A stretch of DNA of 64,000 bases from Chrysomallon squamiferum (GCA_012295275.1 CM022673.1:13082001-13146000), one strand, 5' to 3'; positions 39,440 through 54,327 are shown, counted from the first letter of the stretch. Translations and numbers: made by a program. Notes: generated by a model from the letters alone, not told the origin.

Positions 39440-39800
39440 TACAACAGTAAATAAATTTTGGGTTTAGTGATACAATTGACAGCAGTAACATATGACGGCA
39501 ATAATAAATAGTTTTGGCAACAGTGACATATACTATGTGAAATAAATTTAGTTATAGTGACATATACTATAACTAATAAATCTGGTAATACTGACTACTG
39601 GTAAACTGTAACTAATAAATCTGGTAATAGTGATACTGGTAAACTATAACTAATAAATCTGGTAATAGTGACACAGGTAAACTATAACTGATAAATCTGG
39701 TAATAGTTACAAAGGTAAGTTACAGTAAATAAATCTGGCAGAAATGACATAAATAGGCTATATTAAGTAAATTAGGTAACAGTGACAAAGGTAAACTACA
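39440..39800. repeat. 38-bp minisatellite, ~8-9 copies
   Basis: TAACTAATAAATCTGGTAATAGTGATACTGGTAAACTA is nearly perfect at 39570-39720 and degenerate at the flanks. Confidence 0.85.
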
Positions 39801-40364
39801 AAATATATGAATTTTGCTTTTTTTTTCTCCCCATCTGATTTTCCCCCTTCAAAATAAAAACTATCACTCTCTTTTTTTTCCAAATCTGCATCTTCATCTG
39901 TTAAGTGCATTTGGCAGGGGAGACATGGTCAGTCTATTTCATATAAAAATATGGTTAGAGTACATGATAGCCATGTAGAATATGGTTTATCAATGTTGAT
40001 AATATCAAAGGTTACGGTATGCACTAATTTAATGGGCAGATTTCTGAGAAGCAGACTCTTTGAAACCAATGAAAAAAAGTAATTGCTGAATGTTCCTTAG
40101 ATGTTTTAGAATGTTTTTCTTGTTCAGGACACATGTAAGAACAGACAGACAGATGGTTTGTACATGTGTTTGTAATAAAAGAGGGTGTGTATATAGTGCA
40201 TGGGGGTGTTGATAAAAATGCTCCATAATGTTCAAACAGTGTTTGGTAAATAGTGGTAATAAAGTTGTTCCAAAACATGTCTTTTGTTAATTGAAAAACT
40301 ATGTGTATTAAGATTTGTGTTAAGATATATTTAATTATATATATATATATATATATAGAAACAA

Positions 40365-40662
40365 TAATGTAGCATGTGTAGCAGTAGCTGTAGTATTAGT
40401 AGTAGTAGTAGTACTAGCAATAGCACTAGTAACAACAGTAATAATAATACAGTATAGCAGCAGCAGTAGTAGTAATAGTAGTAGTAATGGTAGTAGTGAT
40501 AGTATTTAGTAGCAGTAGTAATAGCAACAGTAACAACAACAACATCATCAACAATAATGATAATAACAATAATAATAATAATGATGATGATGATGACAAA
40601 AACAAAATTCAATAAATATATAAACAAATAAATGTTAATAAAACAAATTTTCTTAAAAATTA

Positions 40663-40715
<53 letters not shown>
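40365..40715. repeat. Compound trinucleotide tract (AGT/AGC/AAC/AAT)n
   Basis: Direct observation. Confidence 0.85.
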
Positions 40716-40717
<2 letters not shown>

Positions 40718-41579
40718 CATCCCATATGTACTTCCCAAAAAGGAAAAATCAAAAAATTAAAAAACATGGGTATTTGTATGTTTGTAATATAAGTAAGAGT
40801 GGAAAAAATTCAAATCTACTTCATTAATAATCACATAAGAGATCAGAATCTGATTTCCCAACACAAGCTCATGACTCGAAATCTCTTTCATCTCTGAATT
40901 TTCTCTGAAAAAAGAAGCTTCACAACTGAGCAAGTCTTTTTGTCCTCAATTTTTTATTTTTATTTTTTTCCCCATAATCACGTTACCCTTGGAAAACAGG
41001 ATTATCTTTATTACATTAACTTTGCCTTGGACAGACGCTTCATGTATGTGGATAGATTGAGACTGAGTTGATGTTTTATTCCAGCCTTCATTGAAATATT
41101 GTAAAGGTTCATCTTAATAGGATTTCTGTCGAATTCATGACAAGAAAAGTATCAATAAGTAAATGATTAAAATAAAATAAAATAAAATAAAATAAATTAT
41201 ATTGCGTAAGTATTTTTATGTAAAATTTAAGTAAATAATTTTAACTAAAATTCAAGTAAAAAAAAACTAAAATACTGTTTGAATAATTTTAGTCAAAAAA
41301 AAAAAAAAGAGACTTTTTAAATTTGATCATGAGGATCTCTGCAACCCAACTCATGAAAGAAGAAGAAGAAAAAATATAAATTCATGAAAGAAGTAAAAAA
41401 AAAAGCAGGAATGAAAGAAAGGAAGAAAAAAAAAATGCTTAAAAAAAATGAGAGACCCAAATTCAATAAAAAAAAAAAACAAAAAATACATAGGATGTGT
41501 AATAAAGAAAGAAGAAAGAATATTAAAAGACGGAAGGAAGGAAAGAAAACAACAAAAGAAAAAGAAAACTAGAAATAAA

Positions 41580-41990
41580 GCTAAGTGCAGTCAGAGTATG
41601 TCGGGTGAGCTGAATTTTAACACAACAACGACTGGCAACTTTTTATGCGACTCGGGGGTTTTCAGTGAGAAAAAGATATCATAAAAGCCTAATAAAGTCG
41701 TGTCGCATGGTCTGTTTGTCTGTTTGTAATCAATGAGGCCTGCATGATGGGGAATGCATGTGCCAGGCAAAGGTATATATAAAACATTGTGAGCAATTTG
41801 CACGGTTTCACTGCACTTATTGGAAAGCGGGCGACTGTTGTGCGGGTTTTGTGAAGTTCTCACTGACAGCACGTGTTCTGAGCTTTTGCGTTTATCCTAC
41901 CAGCCGCATTGTACGTAACTAGCCACTTGTGAAAAAGGAAAAGCTAAATAACATTATTATTCATTTGTTGCTGCTTGTGGTAAGCACCTG
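41580..41990. promoter_or_regulatory. CpG-containing island with TATA/Inr-like arrangement
   Basis: Local CpG enrichment; TATAAAA at 41778, TCACTG at 41808-41813, GTAAGC at 41980. Confidence 0.3.
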
Positions 41991-42579
41991 TCATTTTTTT
42001 TTTTTTTTTTTTTGTACAAAAAATATATGGCCTGTTTGGGATTTTGCAAATTGAAATGTTTTATTTATTTAGTCATTTTTTGTTATTTATGATGTTTCAT
42101 TTGTTGTAGTTGGTTTGTTGTTGTTTTTTTTTTTTTTTTTTTTTTTTGTTGTTTTTTTTTTTTTTTTTTGTATTATTTGTTCATTTGTTTATTTGCATTT
42201 TTATTTTCATTTTCTAATTTATGTATATATTTAATTATATTTTTTTTTTTTGAATTTTCGGAATTTATTATTAGTTTATATAACTCAGTTTCGTTTTCAG
42301 ATTTTATTGATTTTATTTATTATTCATTATTAAATTTTTATTTTATTTTACGGCATTAGTGCCAGGCATAACCAGAAAACTTAATTTCAATTTTTTCTTT
42401 TTAAAAAAAAATAATTCAATTTACTGCATCAAATTAAATAGTAATGCTGAACATATTAACAGTACCTGCATGAATTCAATGATTCCCTGTACTCTGATCA
42501 TATTAATGTAGATTATAACTATGCCATGCACAGTTAAACCACATAATTATAAATTCTGCAAACTGTAGCCCTAACCAGC

Positions 42580-42910
42580 CACAAGAATTTAGCAAATATT
42601 AGTCACAGCTGCACATGTGAATTTAGCAAATTACAGTTTAAAGTGAAAATGACACATATGAATTTCACAAACAATTGTTACTACACATATGAATTTAGCA
42701 AACTGTATATAAAAGTATGTCATGCACATAGGAATTTAGCAAACTGCATACAAAAGTATGTCATGCACATATGAACTTAACAAACTACAGTCATAAAAAC
42801 TACATATGAGTTTAACAAACTACAGTCATAACTACACATACAAGTTTAACAAACTATACATATAACCATACCGTGCACATATGAATTTAGCAAACTACTG
42901 TCATGACTGC
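42580..42910. repeat. Degenerate 30-45 bp minisatellite (CACATATGAATTTAGCAAACT core)
   Basis: The core recurs ~9 times. Confidence 0.8.
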
Positions 42911-45900
42911 AGTCTGCCTACACGAACGACAAACACAAGAAGAAGTACGAGGTCATGTACTCCAGAGAATTGACTGTTTCCCATCACATTTATTATTAAT
43001 ATTTTCATTAACGTTCAGAATTCTATTACATTACTCCAAACTCTTAATTAGACAGTGACAAAAAGCCTCAGAGATTTTCTGAATATTTAAACATTTTTTT
43101 TCCTGAGCAGGGGATACCATAATTGAGATATCACAGGACTGATATATGTATATTTCTAAGAGGATATATATTGTAAATTATGTAGCAGGAAAACGATTTT
43201 GAAATTGAGATATGTGAAAGAAGATGATTTAATAGAGATGTGGAAGATAATTGTGAAGGTTGTTTTTGTAAAAGTGATTTGTAAATTTTTAAATGGTTTA
43301 TTATTGTAAAAATGATATTTATGTCTGGGTTTTTTTCTCTTGTATTATTGGCCAAAACATAAAGAAAATTTATCCTTTGATTATCAGTGATTTTGAAAAT
43401 TGTCTGTCATTACAAAGATAAAGAAAATGAAGGTAAATCATCCAGTTACATGATCATATTTACTAACACAAGTCTGTTCTGAAAAACAGAACATGATTAT
43501 AAAAGTTTAATGCAAGCCATTGTGAAGTTTTAGTCACAAAAAAATACGCTGAAGTCTAATCTAAAAAATATATTTTTCTTCAATAAAAATACTCTAGAGA
43601 TTAATTATAAAATACATTATGCATTAATCAAATATGTATATTTATTTAAAATACTCTGAAGGTTAATTATAAAATATATTATGTATCATGCAGATAGTTA
43701 ATATATTCATTTAGGAATTCATTAATAAAAAACATTAAATTCACTAAAGATATAATATTTGGTTAAATGGAAATAAATTTATTTATTTAAATAACAGAAT
43801 AGTTATGTCTCCTTTTTAATCTTAATGTTTATTATATTTGACATTATTATTTTGTTTTATTTTATATATTATTTATTTTTAATTTATTTTATCTATGTAT
43901 CACCTATCTGTCTGTCTGTCTATCTGTCTGTCTCTCTCTTTTTATCTATCTAGCTTTCTATTTATTTATTTATTAATTAGTTCAGAAGAATATATGGCTT
44001 AATGAAACAACTATTTAAAATAAACACAGAGATTCTTCCTTTTTTAATTTATTATATTTCATAAAGAAAGCATGTTTGGATGTTGCAGAATTTTATACCA
44101 AACTCAAATTTAAACAAAAAACAACAAAATTACTGAACACACATGTTGTATAAAACAAGGAAATAAAAACTATTATGAAGAAAATGTCTTTAACTTCAAA
44201 AATTTTGAAGTTCCGAAGTCAGAATGTATTCTCCAGATGTGTTTGATTTCCTGTGAAGTATTTTCTCTCTTAATTGCTGTTTTCTCACTTCAGGTAATCA
44301 CAAACACATGGAGGATTTTTTTTTTTTTTTTTTTTTCTGTAACAGTGATTTTCTTGCAATAAAAGTTTGTTGGAGTGTGTTCAAATTCTTTTTGTTTAAA
44401 TGTTGTTTATTTGCATATTTGTATAATTGTTTGTTTGTTTATTTGTTGGTTGGTTTATTTCTTTATGTGTTTCTTTTATTTTTGTTCAATTTCTTTTTTT
44501 TCAGTTAAGTTTTTTAAAGTAAAATGATGGAATTTACTGTAGCTTTAAATAATTTGGAATTCCTTTTATATATTTTTTTTAATTTTTAAAATTTTAATTT
44601 ATTTTATTTATTTTTGTACTAGCATTTACTTTTGTTATTATTTAAAAAAATATTTTTATTCATTTATTTTTGTTTGTTTGTTTGTTTGTATGTCTGCATT
44701 ATTGTATGTTTGTGTGTTTGTTTATTATTTATTTTTCCCTATTTTCACATATATAAATATTTAGCTGTGTGTAATTTCTGGCAACAACAAAAAAAAAAAC
44801 TGCTCAAGTACGCTTGTGATGGTCACAACTTTTCGCACCGCCATAAAGATCACCATCTTCCACAGTGATTAATGGCAGCATAAAGCCATCTTAGAAGAAT
44901 TATTAGCACTTACAATGCAGTCACTAAACAGAACCAACAGGCCTGACCAGTGGTCAGTGGGTCCACTCTCCACTAGAAAAACAGAATCTAAGTCATGTTT
45001 GGAAGATAACATCTTTCATATGACAGTTTTTATTTTCCTCTTGTGATGTTACTGCCGAAACTCACTAGTAAATCAAGTACATGTGGTGTAGGTTGGGAAA
45101 TTTTTAATTTCCAGTTCTAGACAGAAATATTCGTATTAAAAAAAAAACCAGCAGTGTTTCTGATAAATTTAGCACCTTTTATCTTGATAATGAATGCTGG
45201 GATTGTAATGTGAAGAGATTAAAGAATAATGGTGGATTGATGGAAGAATGGATATATAGATGGATGGATGAATGAATGGATATATAAAAAGGTGGATGAA
45301 TAGATGGGTACAGAGACATGGATGGATGGATGGATGGATGGATGGATGGATGGATGGATATTTAGCTAGTCTGAAGAATGGATAGGTGGGTGGATGGAGG
45401 AAGAAGGAAGACAGATCACTGGTGGATAAAAATAGCATAAATTGAAATAAAGCAACAACAAACAATGTACAAGATTAAAAAATTTTTAAAAATAAATATA
45501 TAAAAAAAAAAAACCCCAAAAATCTCCAAAAAAACTAAATAAAAAATAAATAATAATAATCAAAAAAAAAAAAGAACAGAAAAAAGAAAAAAGAACTACA
45601 GAGTACAAAAACCAATGACACATTCCTGAAATAATTGCTAATATGACAAATCAAGAGACGGAGATAAATACGTTTTATATTCCACGAGCATGCTGTCATG
45701 TAACACGCAGAAAATAAAAATGCAAATATTCTCAAGTCAGATGGAAACCAATATCCACGCACCATCAACTTTGCTGCATGCCGGCAATAAAACGTTGCAT
45801 AATTTGGACAGTTTGTGATGTCTGGATCAGCTGAGAAAAATATTTTCTATTACGTCAGTGACACATTTATGAATATTTCCAAACAGCAGAATGATAGACT

Positions 45901-46009
45901 CCTGGTCTGTGATGTGCTGTTTCAATCCCATCATGTCAGCACTGTTTATCAAATCATAATTTGTTGTTAGGAAAATATTATGAGTCATTTCACCATACTT
46001 CAGTTTGTT

Positions 46010-46275
46010 TCATGCATGTTGGTTTCCTAGCATTGATCCCTCTAAATAGTATCTGTCGCATTAGTTTAGTTTCTGGTGAGTATTTCATGACTGGTGTGTT
46101 GTGTGTAACAGAGTCTGTGGTAAGTATTATGTAATAGTGTTTATAATTTCTATACTGTATTACATGTGTTCCAGTTCATGGGAAGGTCTAAATACAAAAT
46201 ATCTTACTGCTAATTAATAGGAGTAGCAAATAGAGTGGTTGTAAGCTTCTTCTCTGAAAATATTATTACTGGTCA
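46010..46275 (+). mobile_element. Decayed SINE with Nin-like core
   Basis: catgactggtgtg...tgtggtaag...catgggaaggtctaaatacaaaatatcttactgctaattaataggagtagc...agtggttgtaagcttcttctct is colinear with the copy at 3700. Confidence 0.55.
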
Positions 46276-47224
46276 ATTTTTTTTTTTTTTTAAGTGATTG
46301 AGGCCCTATAACTATTAATTTTTCAACATTAGAAGAAAATAACAAATACATTTAAAAAATAATCATTTATATAGGAATGTACGAATGTATGAAAAATGGA
46401 TGGAGGATGGATGAATGGATGAATGGATATGTTTGCATGTATGTGTATTTGTATATGAATTCTATCTATACTGAAACATGATACTAAAACATTTATCATA
46501 CATGGACATATTTAGTAAAACACAGACCTATATTAAAAATACATGCAAAGATATACTAAAATTGTTATAATTCAAGGACACATACGCTAAAACCATTATG
46601 ATACACAAACACACGTAGAGAAATATAATACATAATATATATATACATATTCTAAAACTGTTATGATACACACGCTCACACAAACATGTTGGCCTTGTAA
46701 ATGAAGTAAAAGTCCGGTTGATACCATCACAGTATTGACAGATAACATCACAATTGCAGCTAGCTTTTCAACACTGGGCTTTTCTTACTGATAACAGAAA
46801 ACCTGGCTTCACTCCAGTTTATAACTCAAGTATTAGTACAAGTACAGAGTGGTTTTATGTGGTTCAGGCATGCCTTTCATGGGTACTGTCTATTGTTGCT
46901 CTGTTGTCAATGACACATGCCTGTTCCTAAATATAATGCGACTAATCTAGGTAGGCTTTATCAGTTGCGTTCACTGTAAAAAGGATTATTTGATATTCAA
47001 TATTTTAAAAATACATACGTTAATCTGAAGATTGAAGAATATTCCAAGATTTGATACTTACCTACAAAAAAAGAAAAACAACATAAATTAAAAATAAATT
47101 TAAAATATATTATTCAGTTAGAAGTAAAGAAACATAAATACTATAAATAGATATTAGAAATTTGTAAAAACAAAAATGAATAAAATCATATCAAGAACAA
47201 GTAAAAAACTGTCATATAAATAAA

Positions 47225-47263
47225 TAATAACAATAACAATAATAATATAACAATAATAATAAC

Positions 47264-47320
<57 letters not shown>
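47225..47320. repeat. (AAT)n microsatellite
   Basis: Direct observation. Confidence 0.9.
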
Positions 47321-47322
<2 letters not shown>

Positions 47323-47506
47323 AGTCTACAGGAAAATTAAAGATAAAAAACCACCACCTGTATATACAAACATAATAATTATATACAATACATTTAAATT
47401 TTTTTTAAATAAAACTGAAATTTAATTCTATAAAATTTAATGAAAACTATCAACAAATGGATTGTTTGAAGGATGGATGAACTAATGCATAGATGGTTAG
47501 ACAGAA

Positions 47507-47776
47507 GGATGGATGAAAGGATGGACATACAGTTACAAACAGTTGGACTGATACACACACGGATGGAAGGATGGACATACAGTTACAAACAGTTGGACTG
47601 ATACACACACAGATGGATGGAAGGATGGACATACAGTTACAAACAGTTGGACTGATACACACACGGATGGAAGGATGGACATACAGTTACAAACAATTGG
47701 ACTGATACACACACAGATGGATGGAAGGATGGACATACAGTTACAAACAACTGGACTGATACACAGACGGATGGAT
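47507..47776. repeat. Young minisatellite with alternating 50/54-bp units (104-bp higher-order repeat)
   Basis: atggacatacagttacaaac starts at 47521, 47571, 47625, 47675 and 47729. Confidence 0.92.
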
Positions 47777-50199
47777 AATGAACTGGAGGGACAGATTTGT
47801 GAGATTATTTGATTGATGGATGGTAAAAATGGCAGACTGAGGAATGGACGGATGGACAGATAAACAAATAAGTCAAATAAACAAGCTGGCCGGAGCAGAA
47901 GAATGTTTCTCAAGTGTAAAAAAAAACTAAACAGTTTTGTTAATCACTGACATGTCTTTTCTCCCTGGCTGGAGAGGAGGTTTTCTTATCAGTGAACGGG
48001 AGAGAGGGGAATCGGTGTAGTGAATCAAATAAACTCCAGTATCTCGATTCACTCTGACATGGATGAACAACTGTTGGCAGAAAAACATCTCAAAAATTTG
48101 AGAAAAAAAAAAATATATATAGAAAAAAAATTTCCCAAGACTGCAATCACTGATATTTTTCAAAGGTAAATCTTTCCAGTTTGATAGGATTTGAGCTGAA
48201 GTATTTGTAATATCTGAAACAATTTATTCAGTGTTATGTTCCTATGGTGCTAGATTTGACAGGTGTTTGGAGAGTTTTTTAAGCCCCTTCCTTTGAGATG
48301 TTACAGATAAAAGAAAATAAATCTACCCTCACACAAAATCAAAACTTAACCCTTTCTTTCTGGATATACAACAAATTATTAGACATATTTTTATTATTAT
48401 TATTTATTTTTTTTACCAGCACCCCCCCTATTCCCTATATCATGATTTGCAGATATGTGAAGATATTCCTTTGAAGCTAGATCTTTCATTATTAGTTGAC
48501 ATTGGAAAGTTACAAGGTATATATATTTTTAAAAAGGTGTAAAATATTTGATTTCTGTATGATGAAGTTATAAACACTGAAGCAGGATAAGTGAGAATGA
48601 GGTAAGTAAGATGTAAGATCACTAATGGCGATGGTGTTTAAAGATTTTTTTTTTTTTTTTTTTTTTTAAACAATTCTTAGGATAAAATGTGTTGTTTATT
48701 TTGCTGTCATGAACTTTTTGTTTTCTTTCATTCTTCCATCCTCTTCACTATATTTTTTTTATCATTTATTTATTTATTTATTATCTTAATTTCCTTTTTT
48801 TTAAACCAGAACTATCATCTTCAAAAACCCAGTTCACTTTTATCATTTTATATTTAAATGAAACATTAAAAGTGCCAGAAAACATTATTTAAAAAAATAC
48901 TCCACAATTCATTTATTTTTTTTTACATTTTTTTTATTTTTAAAATTAAAACATTCACATTCATAATCCCTGTCCACGTTATATTTAGATCCAACTTTTA
49001 AAACTGCCAGGAAACTTTAATAAAAACAAGTCCCTCAATCCTAAACGTGCCAAACAAAACTAATTTAGGAAAATGCATGTCAAAACGAGTGTAAGTAAAT
49101 AATGGCCACATTATCGAATTCTGGTTTTCTTCATTTGAAAGCTTTTACTTCTTTTAAATGTGAAAATTGGCTTTCAGAGCAAATGAAAAAGCACTAACTT
49201 TGTCAATCAGTGTTGATAAGACATTTTATGAGAAATTGGTTAAAAAAAATCTGGATTGGAAAGTCAATACTAATGTAAAGAGAATCTGCAAGTACATGGG
49301 TAGAAACACTGTAGACATTGCGACATGAAGACTTTGTGAGTTTTAGTACCGTGTGTAATAAAAATGTGATAATTGTTTTATATGAAATAAAATTTTTAAT
49401 TTAATATTGATTTTATAAAAAATTTTTTAAACTAATTTTATTTATTATAATCATCATTGGAATCATTATTATTACCATTATCATTAATATTGAATAATGA
49501 TTTAATTTAATCCTGATTATATTTATTTTATTAATATTAATTTCATTTGTTTTATTTAATTTAATTTAATTTTTTATTTATTTTATTTTATTTTATTTAT
49601 TTATTTTTTAAGTTTACTTATTATTGTCCATAACTAATTAAGTCTACTTTGAAATAATTTTATTTAAATATTTTTATCTAATATTATTTGTAATGTAGTA
49701 ATTATCATCATCACTTTCTTCTTCTTCTTATATTATCATTATCATTATAATAAATTATTATTATTATTAAAAAAAATCACAAAAATCACCAAAAATATAC
49801 TAATATCCTACACATCACTTTTTATTTTTATTTTTATTATATCACCATATATCCATATATCACTCCAGTAAGCTATAGGAAATGATATGTACACAACAGC
49901 TGAAGATCCAAGCACATATATCATGGGTAAGAATCTCAGAAGATGTGTTGGAATGGAGCCCTATCTCAAAATCTAACCCCCTCTGTGAAATAATCTAAGA
50001 TTATGTAAGTGTTAGTAATTATCAGTACTGTATATGGTAGACTAAACACTGATGAAGAAAAGATGAAAAGTTTAATAATAAAATGATGATGGGCATTCTT
50101 GTATAGTAGACATAACATATGTTATATCATGTGAAATATCTCCATTTAATTGCAGCCATATGCAACATATTGTGGGTTTTGAAGATAACGATCTTCTTG

Positions 50200-50322
50200 T
50201 AATGGGTTGTGGCTCATTGGTTATGCAAGGCTCATATGCTATGGGTTACAGGATTAATACTTCCCAGATGCCCACTGTGTTATTTCAGATTCCAACAAGT
50301 GCTCCATAAATGGTTTATCTGT
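50200..50322 (+). mobile_element. Decayed tRNA-derived SINE 5' part
   Basis: gggttgtggctcattggtta (A-box-like), gggttacaggattaatac (B-box-like), then ttatttcagattccaacaagtgctccataaatggtttat. Confidence 0.55.
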
Positions 50323-50419
50323 AGTTTTAGTAACATAAATACAGACTCAGAAACACATACATACACACAGACAGAAGCATATATCACACCTGATGACATT
50401 GCTGTATTAAATCAGTATT

Positions 50420-50750
50420 AAATTAAATACTGAAAACCATGAGAAAATTAGAAATAAAAGCTATAACAGAACCTGTATACTAAAGACCACAAGAAAATCA
50501 CATACTAATTAAACTGTTATTTTTATACTGAAAGACAAAATGAAATCACAAATAACTATTAGAGTAAGAATTTAAGGATCATAAAGAAATCACAACAAGG
50601 AATTATAGTAGTACTTGTATACTGATTACCACAGGAAAGTCACAAATAAAAAACTGCAATAATAGTTGCATAGAGTGAACCACAAAAACATAATTTTTAG
50701 AAATCTCGTATTACTGATACATAAAGGAAATCACAAATAAGAATTATAAT
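50420..50750. repeat. Degenerate ~45-55 bp tandem repeat
   Basis: tatactga....acca.aag.aaatcacaaataa recurs ~6 times. Confidence 0.65.
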
Positions 50751-51252
50751 CAGTATGATTGATCTATACATAACTGTGATTACTACAAAACAGCAGTTAA
50801 CTTTTGTACTCCATGTCTGTTTTAATGACATCCTGTCAGAATCCAGTCTCCACTGGAGTTATCTGCTTTCTATCTGAACTCTTCTGACAGAAAAGGAATC
50901 AAAATGACAAAAGCTACATAATCACACAGCAATACTTCCACCTCATTGCCCCTCACTTTTTTTTATTTTTTTTTTTTTGAGGATGGAGAATATGTTTTTG
51001 TTCTGGTTGTTGTAACACACAATTTCTGTATAGATTTTGTAATGTTATCTTTGATGGATTGATTAAAATAAATAATTAAACAGAAGAAATCAATGTTAAT
51101 ATTTTAACAATTATTGGAAGATTAATGGCTCTTTTAACACAGAAATTTATAATAACATAGTTGTAATAGTTGTAGCAAAAGCAGTAGTAGTAGCTGTAGT
51201 AATATTAGTATTAATATTATTAATTATTTATTATTATTACTGTTATTATTAT

Positions 51253-51287
<35 letters not shown>

Positions 51288-52335
51288 CATTTGTTGTTAC
51301 TACACACAATAACACCCAAATCCCCTTATATACCCAACCAGTACTACACTAATCCCCATACCCATCCAACCACACCCTAGTGTCATTTATATAACACAGC
51401 TCTCCATGAATCATTTTTGAAACACCTGAGTTAAGATGGCAGTGATACTGGACAGCTAGCAGATACCTATCAGTTTTATTACACCGTCACTCATTAACTA
51501 AAACTCACATCAAAGGTGACCATTTCTAATTGTGAGGAAACCTTTCAAAGGATCCATTCAATAAAAACAAAAGCATTATTCAGTTTCTGCATAATCAAAC
51601 TGCAGTTAATTACAGCTAGAGGCAAAAACATCACTTTGTGTCCAAACATGGGAGGTTATCTCGGCCATCGGTGTTGTAAGATTACTGTAAATGACCACAA
51701 ATTGCTGGTAGGAACCAGATAACCTGTGCCATTGACAAGATATCGCATATAACTGTTAACACTTCAAAGGTTTGCGAAATTGCAAATGTTTAAACTGTAA
51801 TTGACAATTTTGTACTTGTTAGTCACAAAGACGGGCTAAATTGAATCTTACTTAATAATGTCATTTCCTTTTTTCTTTTCTTTTCTTTTCTTCTTTGTTT
51901 GTTTCTTTATTTTATTTTTTATTAGTTTTTTTGTTTCTTTGCTTCTTTCTTTCTTTATTTTCTTAAAATTTTTATTTATTAATTCTTTTATTTATTTTCT
52001 TTTTTTTTATTATAGTTTTTTTTTTTGTATGTTTGTTTCTTTGCTTCTTTATATTTTTTTTTTTTGTTTGATCATTTACATCTTTTTTATGTCTAAAGTC
52101 TGAAGATCAAAAGACTTTTTGACCCAAATATAATTTTAAATATATGTATTTTGTTTTTAAGACTTTACAATTCATAAGATTATTTTCTTCTTTTATTTTT
52201 AAATTTGGTAAACTAAAAAGTGAAAGTATGTATATAGCATTTTTCTGTTTTTAAATAAATAAATAAAATAAAATGAAATAAAATGAAATTTATTTCTGCA
52301 AAAATCTTGATGTATTTATTTTTTTTAAATATCCC

Positions 52336-52430
52336 CAAACATCTAAAACTTCACAAATACAAAATCACAAACATCTAAAACTTCACAAATATAAAATCAC
52401 AAACATCTAAAACTTAACAAACATAAAAAC
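52336..52430. repeat. 32-bp tandem repeat, 3 copies
   Basis: CAAACATCTAAAACTTCACAAATAYAAAATCA at 52336, 52368 and 52400. Confidence 0.9.
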
Positions 52431-53445
52431 AATGAAGATTTTCTTTCTTTCAGTTTTTGTTTTTTTTCTTTTCAGATTCACAGGCAATATTACACATCTT
52501 CCAGTGGTAATGCCAGAAAAACAAAAACAGATTTTTTTTTTTTGATTTTTTTTAGGTTAAAAAGAATCTTGTCTTCAACTTCCTGTGCCAAAAACTCTCT
52601 TTCATGCCAAGAGGAAATCACTCACAGTGCCAAATCCATGGACCTTGTAAAACACTTGCCATTACATTAGTTAGAAAGAGAAAAAATCAAGATGAATTCG
52701 GTCAAGCATTTTTCAGTGTCAGATTAATTAAAACATCTCTAGACGTTTAGTTTTAAACAGACTAAATGTTATTTGAGTTGTTGCTTTTTTCCCCATTAAT
52801 TTGAAGAAAAGATATTTTGATGAATTTGGTCAATTTAAACCCCCAAAAATGTTTTATACAGATTAAATGTGGGTTTTTTTTTTTTTTAATGTTAGTTCAG
52901 TGAAAAGGAATTTGAAAAATTTAGTCAATTTACTGATTTTTATTTCAACAAAATCTAATTTATCTATTATTATTTCAGTAAAGAACATTTTTATTGTACA
53001 TAATATTTCCATTATTTTCTATTATTCTAATAAAGCCATTTCAGAAAAATGGAGACAAAAATAAAAGTGGTTAAATTTTATCTAAATAGAAAGTGAAAAT
53101 ATTATTTCAGTTTAGATGAAGTTATGGAAATCACAAATTTTGACAGCAGAATAAAAATTGTTATTTTTGTTCATTGTTCTTAAAACCAAAAATATATCTC
53201 TAGATACTAGATGTGATTAACCATAAAATGAAAAAAAAAGTGTCTTTGTTTCTGTCAGACTTTCTGTCTGTCTGTCGCTCTTTATCTGCCTCTTTGTGAT
53301 AGTTCTCTCACTCTCGGTTTCTCTCTTTCACTTTTTTCTTATCTTGAATGTCTCATTAAATGCTAAAAATCTTTGTGTTGTTTGACACTGAAGTGCGTTT
53401 CTTATTAACAGAATCTTATATAAATTAATATACAATAGTTTTGTC

Positions 53446-53516
<71 letters not shown>
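53446..53516. repeat. (CT)n microsatellite
   Basis: Direct observation. Confidence 0.95.
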
Positions 53517-53520
<4 letters not shown>

Positions 53521-54327
53521 TCACAAAAAATAATGTTCTAAAAACAAAGTATGTACAGACATATATATATTTTTCTGTTTTTATTAATACGTAAATATCT
53601 CAAACACACTGATACAATCTAAATAACTCTGCTCTCAGTAATAACACAATTGGCAGGGATTTAACAAAAAAACGACAGATTTTGGCATGAAAACTTCCTT
53701 CTGCGACAAACCCCTGTTTGTATTCCACCGCCAGATCATGTTTATGACAATCCTTCAGATTAGACGCTGTAGATATGTATGTGAGATAAATAAAATTAGC
53801 AGATTCCTGTGTCGTTCACTTAAAAGAGTTAAACATGCACGCGAGTTCTGTAATAGCAACACACACAGCACGGCAACATGCACAGGAAGGAATTTCTCAA
53901 TGCCAGGATGAAAACTGATCGTGCACATTCTTTTCATACTCCACAGCCATGTTAAACACAAAAGCATACCTCGTGTGTGTTCACTTGTAACAATGGAGTT
54001 AGCCAGGGTGTCATGCTCTCTCGTATAAAATGCATATCATTGTTGAAATAAAATGATCACTGTAATTAAGATGAAATATCACCTGTACGGCTTACTCAAA
54101 GGTCAGGGCCTAGATTAATAGAGACGATCTATTTTAATACCTACTGCAAAGCCTACTTCATGGCATACTTCAGGAGTCAAATACTGGAGTTTTTGTAAAA
54201 ATGACAACATCAGAGAAAAAATTAACTTTTTGATTTTTAATATAATGAAGATATTTATTTATTTATTTATAAAAAAAAAAACATTATCATAATTTATTAA
54301 TCAGGTGTAATTATTTTTTTTAAGTGT

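Noticed and set aside
47450-47913. Cys-rich repetitive ORFs
   Set aside because: They arise from the 50/54-bp minisatellite, and the frame shifts at each 50-bp unit.
50200-50275. tRNA gene candidates (also 24640-24712 and 61790-61845)
   Set aside because: Only degenerate A/B-box-like motifs with no cloverleaf; interpreted as SINE heads.
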